Below, one piece after another: positions 10,559-19,522 of a DNA stretch of 64,000 nt. The notes under the pieces were generated by a model that saw nothing but the letters and a program-made list of their open reading frames with translations, was not told the DNA's origin and ran no database searches. Every line of letters begins with the position of its first letter. Within the stretch, counting starts at the first letter, position 1. Made by a program: the position numbers and the translations under genes. The stretch is from Synechococcales cyanobacterium VAR_4_metabat_354 (GTDB lineage: Bacteria > Cyanobacteriota > Cyanobacteriia > Cyanobacteriales > Chamaesiphonaceae): assembly GCA_031414775.1 (NCBI GenBank), contig JANOQI010000041.1, forward strand, positions 32,001-96,000, read 5' to 3'.

Positions 10559-12277
10559 TCATACCTTGGCCACCTGATTATCAAGTGGAATAGTATGAGT
10601 ACTCATTTGTTCTTTTATCCGATCGGCTAACCGGATTGCTAAAGCAATGATCGTGAGGGTCGGATTAGCATAACCGCCAGTGGGAAAAACAGAGCTGCCC
10701 GTAATAAACAAATTAGAGATCCCATACACCTGACAGTTAGCATCAACAACGCCCTGTCGGGGATCATTATGCATTCTGGTGGTTCCCATATGATGGTGTG
10801 AACTAGAATGCAACATTTGAGGTAGATTGCCATTGAGTTCAACTTGTAACTTCCCAATTCCAGCTCGGGCAAATTCCGCAGCTAAAATAGTTTGTGATTT
10901 CCGAATACTTGCTACGTCGGTGGCAGTCCAATACCAATGCAACTGTGTCTGTGGGCAGCCCAGCTGGTCGAGTTTGTCGCTGAGGGTGACTCGATTATCG
11001 GGATGAGGTGCTTGTTCAGTTTGATGAAATACTTCAAACGTGGTAAATTTCTGGTCTTTATTGGCCAGATTTGACCACCCCCCCCTTACGTGTGAGGGAA
11101 ATAGCGGTTTCATACGAAGATATTGAGCATAGTTCAAAAGACCCCTGATATCTCCTAGAATGGTGCCTAAATGCTTCAAGAGATTGGGAGGAAACTGCCG
11201 ACGGTGAAGGGCTGCTACTAAGACTTTTAAAGAATCTTTTCCTGGGGTTTTAAATTCTTGATCGTTGAGTAATTCTGGTTGTTTATGAAAGTCTGGGATT
11301 CTGGGAAACATCATGACACTGATATTTAGCAGTTGTTCACGGCGCAGCGTTTCTTCTGCCACGGTGAATTTGCCCATCACGGCCACATTGTGGACAGTCC
11401 TTAAATCATACAAAGCCGTCTGGTTAAAGATATTTTGATCGATCGGAATCAATAAACCAGAACGCACCTGCGGATGATCCATGAAGAACCTACCCACTAC
11501 ATCGTTTTGATTGCCCAGCCCAGTTTGTTGAACCTTGTTAGACATCAATAACAAACGAGCATTTTCAATGCCCCCAGTAGCCAGAATAAAGATTTTGGCC
11601 TTCACCCAAAACCGATTGCCTTGCAGACAAGCAACCCGCACCCGAGTTACCTGCTGGGCTGTTTCATCGGTTTCAATTTCTACAACATTGGCATTTAAAT
11701 AAGTAGTAATATTCGGAGAGTTACAGATTTCTTGCCGATATTCATCGAGAAAAGCGTCCTTCGGACTAAATTGAAATACCCCAGTTGTGACCACTCCAGG
11801 GTCAAGAGGTAATCGGGGAGAACTGGCATCTTCCCAAACATCGGCCTCGTACATCAAATTGCTAAGTTTGCAAACCGTCTGTGCTCTCTGATAAAAAGGA
11901 TCGAGATGAGCTTTCGGAAAAGGCCAGCCACTATAGGGCACTCCTGACCTTTGCTCAAAATCTACTTCATCTAAAGGTGCATGGCGTAACCCTGTCTGCT
12001 TGCGACCAATATCAACACCCCATTCATTGGCCAGTCCCCCGAATTGACGATGGCGAGTTTCATAAAGCGTTTTAAAATCGTCGCCGATTGTTTCGCCAAT
12101 GCACAAATTCTGGGTTTCTTGGTTGAACTCCACATCACCACTTTCTAGGAGACAAACCTGAAAATCTTGCCCAATTAACTCTCTAGCTAAGGTCATTCCG
12201 GCTGGCCCAGTGCCAACGATACAAACGTCTGATTCAATGATAACGTTGGCGAGTAATTGACGACTATCAATCAACAT
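10559..12277 (-). CDS. GMC-family FAD-dependent oxidoreductase
   Basis: DVCIVGTGPAG Rossmann motif, VGRFFMDHP, HHMGTTRM and ANPTLTIIALA. Confidence 0.9.
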   Translation of the reverse strand: MLIDSRQLLANVIIESDVCIVGTGPAGMTLARELIGQDFQVCLLESGDVEFNQETQNLCIGETIGDDFKTLYETRHRQFGGLANEWGVDIGRKQTGLRHAPLDEVDFEQRSGVPYSGWPFPKAHLDPFYQRAQTVCKLSNLMYEADVWEDASSPRLPLDPGVVTTGVFQFSPKDAFLDEYRQEICNSPNITTYLNANVVEIETDETAQQVTRVRVACLQGNRFWVKAKIFILATGGIENARLLLMSNKVQQTGLGNQNDVVGRFFMDHPQVRSGLLIPIDQNIFNQTALYDLRTVHNVAVMGKFTVAEETLRREQLLNISVMMFPRIPDFHKQPELLNDQEFKTPGKDSLKVLVAALHRRQFPPNLLKHLGTILGDIRGLLNYAQYLRMKPLFPSHVRGGWSNLANKDQKFTTFEVFHQTEQAPHPDNRVTLSDKLDQLGCPQTQLHWYWTATDVASIRKSQTILAAEFARAGIGKLQVELNGNLPQMLHSSSHHHMGTTRMHNDPRQGVVDANCQVYGISNLFITGSSVFPTGGYANPTLTIIALAIRLADRIKEQMSTHTIPLDNQVAKV

Positions 12278-12586
12278 GGCGTAAAACCGTTGGTATACAT
12301 AGAGAATAGAGAGAATATCTACTGATGTTTAATATCTCATTAAGTTATAATATCTAGCTCAGTCAAGAAAATCTGTAATTAACGCTGCTGAGAGCAGATT
12401 ATTTAGTCAAATTACTGAATAAATTTATGCAATTTGACTTGACCGTCCATAGTTATAGAATTCATGAAAGTAACTAGAAGTATACTATTAAATTACAATA
12501 CTATTACTGAATTGTTTGCAAAAAATCAGAGCCAAATTTATAGCTTGACTCTGGGTTGTGAAAGTAAATTGGTGATGGCGATCGAT

Positions 12587-13783
12587 CTAAACAAATTTGT
12601 GAGTAAACTTACAGGTGTAGTCCACTCGCCCTCTACGCAGCAAGGCTGGATCCATCCGATCGGTAGTATTACAAGTCATTAATACCACCAGCTTTTGTTT
12701 CATTTGCACCCCATTTTCATCAATCACACTTTGATACAACGTGCCATCCAACAAACTGAGAATATGCTCGGTTTTATTGTTATCTTGGGCTGATTCAAAA
12801 GCTCGATTTTTGGCCAAATTATCGGCCTCATTGATGATTAGGCAGATCTTTTCTAGATAAACCGGGGGGATAAAATTTTCCACGGCATCATGATCCAAAA
12901 TAAAGATGGTATAGCCTAGCGGCATCATCACTTCTTTCGCAAAAGCTTGTGCCCAGACTGTTTTACCAGTACCTGGTTCACCATTAACTAACACGGCCAT
13001 TTGCGAACTGTCAAAAACAGCTTGCTGTACCGTATCCGTAAAAGCCTGAATCTCGGCTGGGAAGGATTTAAGTTGATGTTGACTATGCACCTGACCAACC
13101 CGACTCTTGTAACCGCTCAGAATCACTGCCAGATTATAAGTAGCCTTATTCACCAACGGTGTCAGGTCATTAGCATAGAGATTGTACTGGCGCTTGCCCC
13201 GTTCATAGGTTTCAATTTGTAGCCAGACATCCTGCTCTTGCCAGTAAGCCGACACATGTCCCATCACTTCTAGCCGCTCCCAAGTGCTAAACCGCTCCGG
13301 TGGATAGTAAAAGTAACGCTCCCAATAATATTGGGTGATCAGATCGGGCTTGCCCAGCAGTTCTAAGATCCGCATGATCGTGATTTCTTCCAGGCGATTC
13401 AGCACGTAGTCGATCGGAATGCTATCACGACTGACCATCTGAACTACCGGGGTTTGTACTGATAGACTTTCCTGGTGTCGATGGTCGGGGGCTGCTGGTT
13501 CGGGCGTAATAAAATTCCAAAACTCATTGATCTCATACTGGATGTGATCTGAGAATAAGTTGAAGAAATTGGCCACCGCCGAATACTCCCGCCGACCGGA
13601 AGCATCGGCCACGTCACTTATTAAATCCAAGCCTTTCTTGGCTAAATTCATCGGGTCATTCCAGGCCACATTCCACAAAAACCCTAAGTCTAAATCACGA
13701 GATAAAGGTCGCCAGCCCGATGCTAGCAAGCCCTTGTTTTGAGCACCATCTTTGCCCTGACGGTTGTAATCACCAGCTGCCAT
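12587..13783 (-). CDS. AAA+ ATPase with uncharacterised N-terminal domain (BCS1-like core)
   Basis: Walker A GEPGTGKT, Walker B-like LIINEAD, LSLLDG and the SRH region TCNTTDRMDPALLRRGRVD. Confidence 0.85.
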   Translation of the reverse strand: MAAGDYNRQGKDGAQNKGLLASGWRPLSRDLDLGFLWNVAWNDPMNLAKKGLDLISDVADASGRREYSAVANFFNLFSDHIQYEINEFWNFITPEPAAPDHRHQESLSVQTPVVQMVSRDSIPIDYVLNRLEEITIMRILELLGKPDLITQYYWERYFYYPPERFSTWERLEVMGHVSAYWQEQDVWLQIETYERGKRQYNLYANDLTPLVNKATYNLAVILSGYKSRVGQVHSQHQLKSFPAEIQAFTDTVQQAVFDSSQMAVLVNGEPGTGKTVWAQAFAKEVMMPLGYTIFILDHDAVENFIPPVYLEKICLIINEADNLAKNRAFESAQDNNKTEHILSLLDGTLYQSVIDENGVQMKQKLVVLMTCNTTDRMDPALLRRGRVDYTCKFTHKFV

Positions 13784-13819
13784 AGATTTTGTTGTTGAAT
13801 AGTTGATAGTTATGGACGT

Positions 13820-14033
13820 GTTGTCGAGGTTCAGTAAAGATACGGCTCATTAATGAGCTGTGTTGATATCAATGACTGTTAATCAGCTTTTAGTAGCCCC
13901 ATTATTGGTTGAAGCTATCCACACCTTTTCCTGGCGGTTTCCCACTTACTGTCTAGCGGAGGGGTATTAGTGAAAAATATCAGCTGGATTCTGGATTAAT
14001 AAAATCCGAAGAAAGTATTTAGTTTCTCCAGCT
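13820..14033 (-). promoter_or_regulatory. Putative structured 5' leader / cis-regulatory RNA with boxA-like element upstream of the AAA ATPase
   Basis: Chain of stems at 13982-14033, 13939-13976, 13894-13917 and 13845-13858, then GAACCTCGACAAC (13832-13820, minus strand). Confidence 0.45.
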
Positions 14034-14081
14034 CCGATCGTTGACATAGCATGATATTAAGTAACCTAAACTAAAGGTCTC

Positions 14082-14177
14082 ATGACTCTCCCTGATCTAC
14101 TTACCCTCGGACTACTGCTCTTGCCCGGACTACTGCTATCTGTGATCGTGATGGTAACTTTCGCAGCTGGCGGCTAA
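14082..14177 (+). CDS. norf4: 31-aa single-TM microprotein, Norf4-like (not in ORF track)
   Basis: MTLPDLLTLGLLLLPGLLLSVIVMVTFAAGG*, with AAAGG RBS at 14073-14077. Length and the LLLPGxLLS...F-A-x-GG pattern match my recollection of Synechocystis Norf4. Confidence 0.75.
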   Translation: MTLPDLLTLGLLLLPGLLLSVIVMVTFAAGG

Positions 14178-14518
14178 TCAGCTTCTTGATCAGCTTCAAA
14201 AAAGGAACCGCTTAAGGTTTCATCTAGTTCCATCCGCTGTTCCATCTGGCGGAGAAAATAACCAGTCATCATGGCCGAACCTAAAAGATTGGCCAGATGT
14301 TCTCGATCGGTGGTTACTTGCACGCTGAAGTGATCGGTAGGCAACATGCCAAGCAACCCTTGCACGTTGTGAGAGATCACATCCTTCACTTGTGAACTAG
14401 CCGACTTGGCTACTTGAGCGAGTACCTCTGGCGGTTGGTGCTGGAGGTATTTTAGTAGCTGATTAATGTTGATATCTGCGGTAGTTTTCGAGTCAAGGAA
14501 ATCTGAATTAAATGCCAT
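14174..14518 (-). CDS. DUF760 family protein
   Basis: LLKYLQ...HNVQGLLGMLP...LANLLGSAMMTGYFLRQMEQRMEL. Confidence 0.85.
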   Translation of the reverse strand: MAFNSDFLDSKTTADININQLLKYLQHQPPEVLAQVAKSASSQVKDVISHNVQGLLGMLPTDHFSVQVTTDREHLANLLGSAMMTGYFLRQMEQRMELDETLSGSFFEADQEAD

Positions 14519-14596
14519 TTAAACCTCGCTCAGTTCTTTCTTCAAGATCACTTTTAATACTGTAGTCGATCGACATGGTAATTAACAATTCTAGGC

Positions 14597-15172
14597 CTAA
14601 ACTTCCGTTGATAGTAAAGCTATTTCTTCTGAATCAAAGTCTGTCTCAGGGTCTGCTTCTGGCGGCAGTAACGCTTCCCTAGCCTTAGCCGCAGCAATAT
14701 AGATCTGTAGATCATCGCTCAATTCGTAGGTTTGACGAAATTTATCGGTGACCTGAATTAGAGAGGAGCGATTGCCTACTTGTCTTCGTTTGCGAATTAG
14801 ACCTAATACAGCCAACTCTTGGACATGTTGATAAGCGCCACTACCGCGCAGTTCTACTAACTCGGACTGAGGGATGGGACCTTTGAGGGCGATTGCAGCC
14901 AGGGTGCGTAAGGCACCAGTACCAATCTCGGCTGGAATAATTTTGTCTCGTAGCGCCTGGAAAGATTCTTTTAGTTGGAGAGCATAACCGCCATCAATTG
15001 TTTCAATAATTTCGAGGGCACTATCTCGGTGAGCATAGTCACCCATCAGTTCGATGATGGCATCAGTGGCGGCATCTCGATCGCAATCAGCACAGGCCGC
15101 AATCGTATCTAGATCTAGGGCTTGGCCTTTGAGATATAAGATGGCTTCAATTTGGTTGACCAGACGATGCAT
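14597..15172 (-). CDS. scpB: SMC-Scp complex subunit ScpB
   Basis: IEAILYLKG, ALRTLAAIALKGPI and LVELRG. Start set at ATG 15172. Confidence 0.9.
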   Translation of the reverse strand: MHRLVNQIEAILYLKGQALDLDTIAACADCDRDAATDAIIELMGDYAHRDSALEIIETIDGGYALQLKESFQALRDKIIPAEIGTGALRTLAAIALKGPIPQSELVELRGSGAYQHVQELAVLGLIRKRRQVGNRSSLIQVTDKFRQTYELSDDLQIYIAAAKAREALLPPEADPETDFDSEEIALLSTEV

Positions 15173-15249
15173 AGCAATTGAGGAAAAGTATAGGGCTAGA
15201 TATGGCCAAATTCCTGACTGGTTGCTCATTCTAGCATTAATTTGACACT

Positions 15250-15278
15250 AAACAGCCCAGGACTAACCTAGGCTGTTT
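15250..15278 (-). terminator. Probable intrinsic terminator downstream of 15309-15638
   Basis: Minus-strand stem AAACAGCCTAGG / CCTGGGCTGTTT with a 5-nt loop. Confidence 0.55.
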
Positions 15279-15308
15279 GGTATCAAATTTTACTTTGACA
15301 TGAAATTT

Positions 15309-15638
15309 CTAAAGAGCGGGACTACCCATGTTACTGATCGATTCACCAGTGTTAGCGACCATTCTCCGCGCACCGCTACGAGTACTTTGATGCTCTTCTA
15401 GAGGGACAAATTCGATATGGTTGAGCAGTGTCGTTACAAAAGCAAAGAGCAAGAAAGGTAAAGACAAAACTAAAATGAGTCCCACCGTCGCCATCGCATA
15501 GATTTGGCGAACACTGCTCCACAGAGCCAAAGCTGATGCCAAACTGAGGAAAATCACCATCAGCCAAATGACGATTTGGCCATAAATATCACTAAAAGAA
15601 AGGGTGCAAACCACCCGATACCGCTGGAACTTGTCCAT
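15309..15638 (-). CDS. Conserved cyanobacterial hypothetical membrane protein (2 TM)
   Basis: YRVVCTLSFSDIYGQIVIWL...SLPFLLFAFVTTLLNHI; two hydrophobic helices. Confidence 0.75.
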   Translation of the reverse strand: MDKFQRYRVVCTLSFSDIYGQIVIWLMVIFLSLASALALWSSVRQIYAMATVGLILVLSLPFLLFAFVTTLLNHIEFVPLEEHQSTRSGARRMVANTGESISNMGSPAL

Positions 15639-15658
15639 AATCTTTAGCGCTCAGTTTC

Positions 15659-15694
15659 AAATATTAATATGTAGCTGCTTACATATTAATATTT
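15659..15694. repeat. Perfect 15-bp inverted repeat
   Basis: AAATATTAATATGTA-gctgct-TACATATTAATATTT, ending 20 nt upstream of the 15638 start codon. Confidence 0.8.
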
Positions 15695-15769
15695 CTGCGG
15701 TCAATTATGAGAACATCTCAATCTTTCGACAAATCTAGTTACATAAGTTTATATATTTGAGTAGAAAAA

Positions 15770-16216
15770 TTAGCAAACATCTGGTGGTAAGGTATTGCTG
15801 TTTTGTAAGTGCTGTTCGATCGACTGTTGCAGATCCGATCGACTGAGGGTGCGCCCGGACTCCATGTTTCCTACTTCGTCGAAAAAGATCAGCTGATTAA
15901 TCGATGCTAAGGCCAGCAGCTGAAACAGCAGATCAATTACTGGCATCTCGATCGCTAGTTCGGTAGGGCCATAAAACTTTACCGCATCCTGTTGATGGCC
16001 AAAAGCATAGACAGCGTCCATCTGAACTTTTTCGCCATTTTGCAAAGTAATCACAATCCACTCTTGAGAGCTATTTTGACCAATAAAGTAGGACTGATGA
16101 GCCAGATCTTCTGCTATTTGGTTTAGGACTGGAGAGATATGAGCGATCGGCTGCTGTAAGTCGGCTGGAGCTTGATCAATCAATTTTTGGATTTGTTGTT
16201 CTAAATTGACAACCAT
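15770..16216 (-). CDS. Hypothetical protein
   Basis: Protein-like ORF (LEQQIQKLIDQAP...YAF...LLFQLLAL). Start set at ATG 16216. Confidence 0.65.
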   Translation of the reverse strand: MVVNLEQQIQKLIDQAPADLQQPIAHISPVLNQIAEDLAHQSYFIGQNSSQEWIVITLQNGEKVQMDAVYAFGHQQDAVKFYGPTELAIEMPVIDLLFQLLALASINQLIFFDEVGNMESGRTLSRSDLQQSIEQHLQNSNTLPPDVC

Positions 16217-16396
16217 AATTCCCCTCACACGATAACCCATAAATTTTACCGTGATTTTCCGGATTGCGAATCTTACCGGATGACAGTCAGTAAAGTTTGA
16301 ATATCCATCAATAAACAGCATCTTCCAGTACAGCAACCTTGAAATGACTATCCTATCGGGTTACCCAGTAATCACTCGAATTTTGGCAAAGCTGCA

Positions 16397-16606
16397 ATGA
16401 CTGGAGGCACATCCCTAACAGTGGCAAACAAGCGCGTGTATTTTGCAATCATAAAAAAGTTATCAGTTGAAGAGAACCCGGAGCCGCCGTTATTTCCGTG
16501 GGAAAAATCCATGAGCGACTACACCGATGATGGTACAGACCAGCCCCCCCACGGGCATGATAAGTCAGAACCTTCCCCGGCGGTTGCATCTCCCGCTGAC
16601 GAATAA
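16397..16606 (+). CDS. Small protein carrying a PatU-like PPLFPWE motif
   Basis: 69-aa ORF (ENPEPPLFPWEKSMSDY) ending 3 nt before the next gene. Confidence 0.5.
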   Translation: MTGGTSLTVANKRVYFAIIKKLSVEENPEPPLFPWEKSMSDYTDDGTDQPPHGHDKSEPSPAVASPADE

Positions 16607-16609
16607 TTT

Positions 16610-18919
16610 ATGTTGCCAGCTCTTCCACAACTATCTGCCCGCCGTCAAACCATGGCCAGCGAGAATTCTCTCCTACTGCGAGTCTTGATCCAGTTACTGG
16701 TAACGGTGGGAATTATCGCGACCGATGTGGCGGCTGATACTCAGATGAGCCTCTGGGCAGTGCCAATTAGTGCAATGGGGGCACTATGGAGTTGGCGGCA
16801 GCGCGATCGATCACAAGTTGCCATTAAATTTGCATTGGCGGCAGCTATGTTGGCAGCGCTGGCTTATTTTTTTCAGCATTTGCTCGGTAGTCTGAATGAT
16901 ACCCGTTTAGTGTTGGCCGAACTGCTGGTGCAAATCCAGACTATTCATACTTTTGATATGCCCAAGCGTAAAGACTTGGGCTATTCGATGTTAATTGGTT
17001 TGATTTTGGTGGCAGTGGCGGCCACCATTAGCCAAACCATGACCTTTGCCCCGCTGCTGTTGTTGTTTGTGGCGATCGGACTACCAGTACTATTTTTAGA
17101 TTATCGTTCTCGGTTAGGTCTGCCTCCGATGGTTTGGCATCGCCAAATGTGGTGGGGACAGACAGCGCAGTTACCAATTCAGAATTTGCTGAAACTGTGG
17201 GGAGTGATCTTGGTTTTAGGATTACTCCTGTTCTTAGCCATGCCCCGACTACCAGGCTATCAAATTCAAAGTATGCCAGTGAGTCCTAACTTACCCAGTA
17301 CTGCTAACTATACTGGCCAGCAGATTAATAATCCTGGCTATAAAAGCAAAAAAGGTCGAAATCAATCCGGGCAAGGTCAATTAGGCACTGGAGCCGAGAC
17401 AACTGGTGATCAAGATGGAACTAAATTCGATGAAACCTCTTACTACGGATTCAACCAGCGGATCAACCAAAATTTGCGCGGTCAGCTGAAACCGCAACTA
17501 GTGATGCGGGTTCGATCTCAAGCTCCCGGTTTTTGGCGAGTCCTGGCTTTTGATAAATATACTGGCCAGGGCTGGGAAATATCTCATAACGAGGATGTGC
17601 AAAAGTTACAGCGTTCTAGCTGGTCAAACAAATTTACGCTTTCACCGACTACTTTTCAGGCTCCGGTTAAGCAAATTATTCAAAGCTACACAGCGGTAAC
17701 AGAGTTGCCAAATGTACTGCCCGCTTTGCTTTCAGCAGCTGATGTGTACTTCCCGACCCAAAATCTGGCGATCGATCGAGAAAATAGCTTACGATCACCA
17801 GTCGGTTTAGCTCCCGATCTGACCTATACAGTTCTGTCGCAGGTAGCAGAACGGTCGGTAGATTTATTGACTAAAGCCGGGAATCAATACGATCGAGAAA
17901 ATAAAGAATTCCAAAAATCTTTGCCAGATTATTTGCAAATCCCGGCGGACTTAAAAGAAAAACTACGGCCTTTTACTGAAAAAATTGTTGCTGATTACCC
18001 AAAAACCCAAATCAGCCAGCATCCCGAGCCGTTAAACAATAACTATGACACTGCGCTCTACTTAGCTCAATACCTCAAACAGAACTACCAAACGCCTACC
18101 AATCCCATGCTCTTACCACCAGTACCAGCTGGTCAAGATTTGGCTGAATGGTTTTTGTTTCGCTGTGCTAAGGCTCAGACGGCCTGCGTGCCGGGCGGTT
18201 ATCCCGATCACTTTGCGACGACCTACACGATGATGCTGCGATCGATCGGTATTCCGGCACGCTTGGCAGTCGGATTTGAGCCAGGTTATTTCAATCCTTT
18301 TACAGGCATGTACGAAGTGAAAAACACTGATGCCCATGCCCTCACCGAAGTTTACTTTCCTAAATACGGCTGGTACAGCTTTGACCCCCTGCCCCATCAT
18401 CTGCTTTTCCCGCCGAGTATCGAAGACGATCAGACTTTTAGTATCCTGAAGCAAATCTGGAAATGGGTGGCCGGTTTATTGCCAACCCCCGTAACTGCTT
18501 GGATTACCACCATTGGGGGCTATGTAGCGCTGGTAATCGTCTGGCTTTGGAGTTTCTTTGTCGGTAGTTGGTTGGGAGCAGTGGCGGCTCTGGCCACCTT
18601 AATCATCATCTCTTTTAGTGGTTTGTTGCTGTGGAAAACTTGCCGCCATTGGCAATACCAACGATGGTTACAACGACAGCCACCAATGGAACAGATCTAT
18701 CAACAACTGCTCCAGCATTTAAATCCAACCTGGCCAAAACAACCGAGCCAGACTCCTGGGGAGTACTTGCAAGTTCTAAGCCAGCATTCCGACCCGGTTT
18801 TGTCGGCAACAGCGCAGCCGATCATATCGGCCTATGTGGCTTGGCGTTATGGCCATCAAACTCCGGCTTTGGGCTACTTGCGATCGATCCTACAAAACAT
18901 CCAGAAGGCTAAAGTTTAG
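16610..18919 (+). CDS. Transglutaminase-like membrane protein (TgpA/DUF3488-DUF4129 type)
   Basis: N-terminal multi-TM block; MLRSIGIPARLAVGF and DAHALTEVYFPKYGWYSFDP; C-terminal SQTPGEY...YVAWRYG. Confidence 0.85.
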   Translation: MLPALPQLSARRQTMASENSLLLRVLIQLLVTVGIIATDVAADTQMSLWAVPISAMGALWSWRQRDRSQVAIKFALAAAMLAALAYFFQHLLGSLNDTRLVLAELLVQIQTIHTFDMPKRKDLGYSMLIGLILVAVAATISQTMTFAPLLLLFVAIGLPVLFLDYRSRLGLPPMVWHRQMWWGQTAQLPIQNLLKLWGVILVLGLLLFLAMPRLPGYQIQSMPVSPNLPSTANYTGQQINNPGYKSKKGRNQSGQGQLGTGAETTGDQDGTKFDETSYYGFNQRINQNLRGQLKPQLVMRVRSQAPGFWRVLAFDKYTGQGWEISHNEDVQKLQRSSWSNKFTLSPTTFQAPVKQIIQSYTAVTELPNVLPALLSAADVYFPTQNLAIDRENSLRSPVGLAPDLTYTVLSQVAERSVDLLTKAGNQYDRENKEFQKSLPDYLQIPADLKEKLRPFTEKIVADYPKTQISQHPEPLNNNYDTALYLAQYLKQNYQTPTNPMLLPPVPAGQDLAEWFLFRCAKAQTACVPGGYPDHFATTYTMMLRSIGIPARLAVGFEPGYFNPFTGMYEVKNTDAHALTEVYFPKYGWYSFDPLPHHLLFPPSIEDDQTFSILKQIWKWVAGLLPTPVTAWITTIGGYVALVIVWLWSFFVGSWLGAVAALATLIIISFSGLLLWKTCRHWQYQRWLQRQPPMEQIYQQLLQHLNPTWPKQPSQTPGEYLQVLSQHSDPVLSATAQPIISAYVAWRYGHQTPALGYLRSILQNIQKAKV

Positions 18920-19355
18920 TACAAACACTGTTTTTGGTTTCTTGAATTTGATAACAGGTAATATCGCCCTGTTCATTAATGACATTGCCCAATTCATTGG
19001 TTTGAATAGAAGACCGATGATAGCGCAGGGCGCGACGACCATTCACAAAGAAACGGCAGTAGCCGTCAACGGTGAAGGTTTTATTAGGCAAGAAATCGCA
19101 TTGAGTCAATTTTTCGATGCCGCTCCAGGTTTTGTCTGGCCAGCTAACGCGGAGAGTTTGGAGACCAATTTTATTGGTGTAGCTCAATTTGCAAGGTGTA
19201 GTGCTAGTTAACCGATCTTGTTGATAGTTGTAGCAGGTACTTTTATTACCAATGGCAATCCAGTCGTCGTTGGCAAAACATGGCTGAATCGCGACTGGGT
19301 GCATTGTGATGATTAAGGCCGCAGCTATTGGACCAAAAAATTGATTCCGATTCAT
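18909..19355 (-). CDS. Secreted Cys-containing hypothetical protein
   Basis: Signal-peptide-like N-terminus and several Cys in the mature part. Confidence 0.55.
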   Translation of the reverse strand: MNRNQFFGPIAAALIITMHPVAIQPCFANDDWIAIGNKSTCYNYQQDRLTSTTPCKLSYTNKIGLQTLRVSWPDKTWSGIEKLTQCDFLPNKTFTVDGYCRFFVNGRRALRYHRSSIQTNELGNVINEQGDITCYQIQETKNSVCTKL

Positions 19356-19488
19356 AATGCCGGTAGATTAAGATGTGATCCTTATTACTAATGATTACTC
19401 TACGGATCGGGATGTTTCCGAAGATGGGTGCTTAAAGCTTTCTTTTGAGATTTCATACTATTAATAAACTGCAATATTCTATTATTGT

Positions 19489-19522
19489 GAGAGTGTTGGC
19501 TTTGTCAAAAGCCAACACTCTC
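19489..19522. repeat. Perfect 15-bp hairpin in a divergent intergenic region
   Basis: GAGAGTGTTGGCTTT-gtca-AAAGCCAACACTCTC. Confidence 0.8.

Noticed and set aside
13937..13976. GTTTCCC...TGAAA segment resembling a CRISPR repeat
   Set aside because: Single copy with no spacers and no cas genes in the window; better read as a leader hairpin.
14108..14137. 12-bp direct repeat CGGACTACTGCT (18-bp period) as a transcription-factor site
   Set aside because: It is explained by the repeated GLLL codons of the 31-aa microprotein ORF.
15671..15682. NtcA box
   Set aside because: Spacing is GTA-N6-TAC rather than N8.
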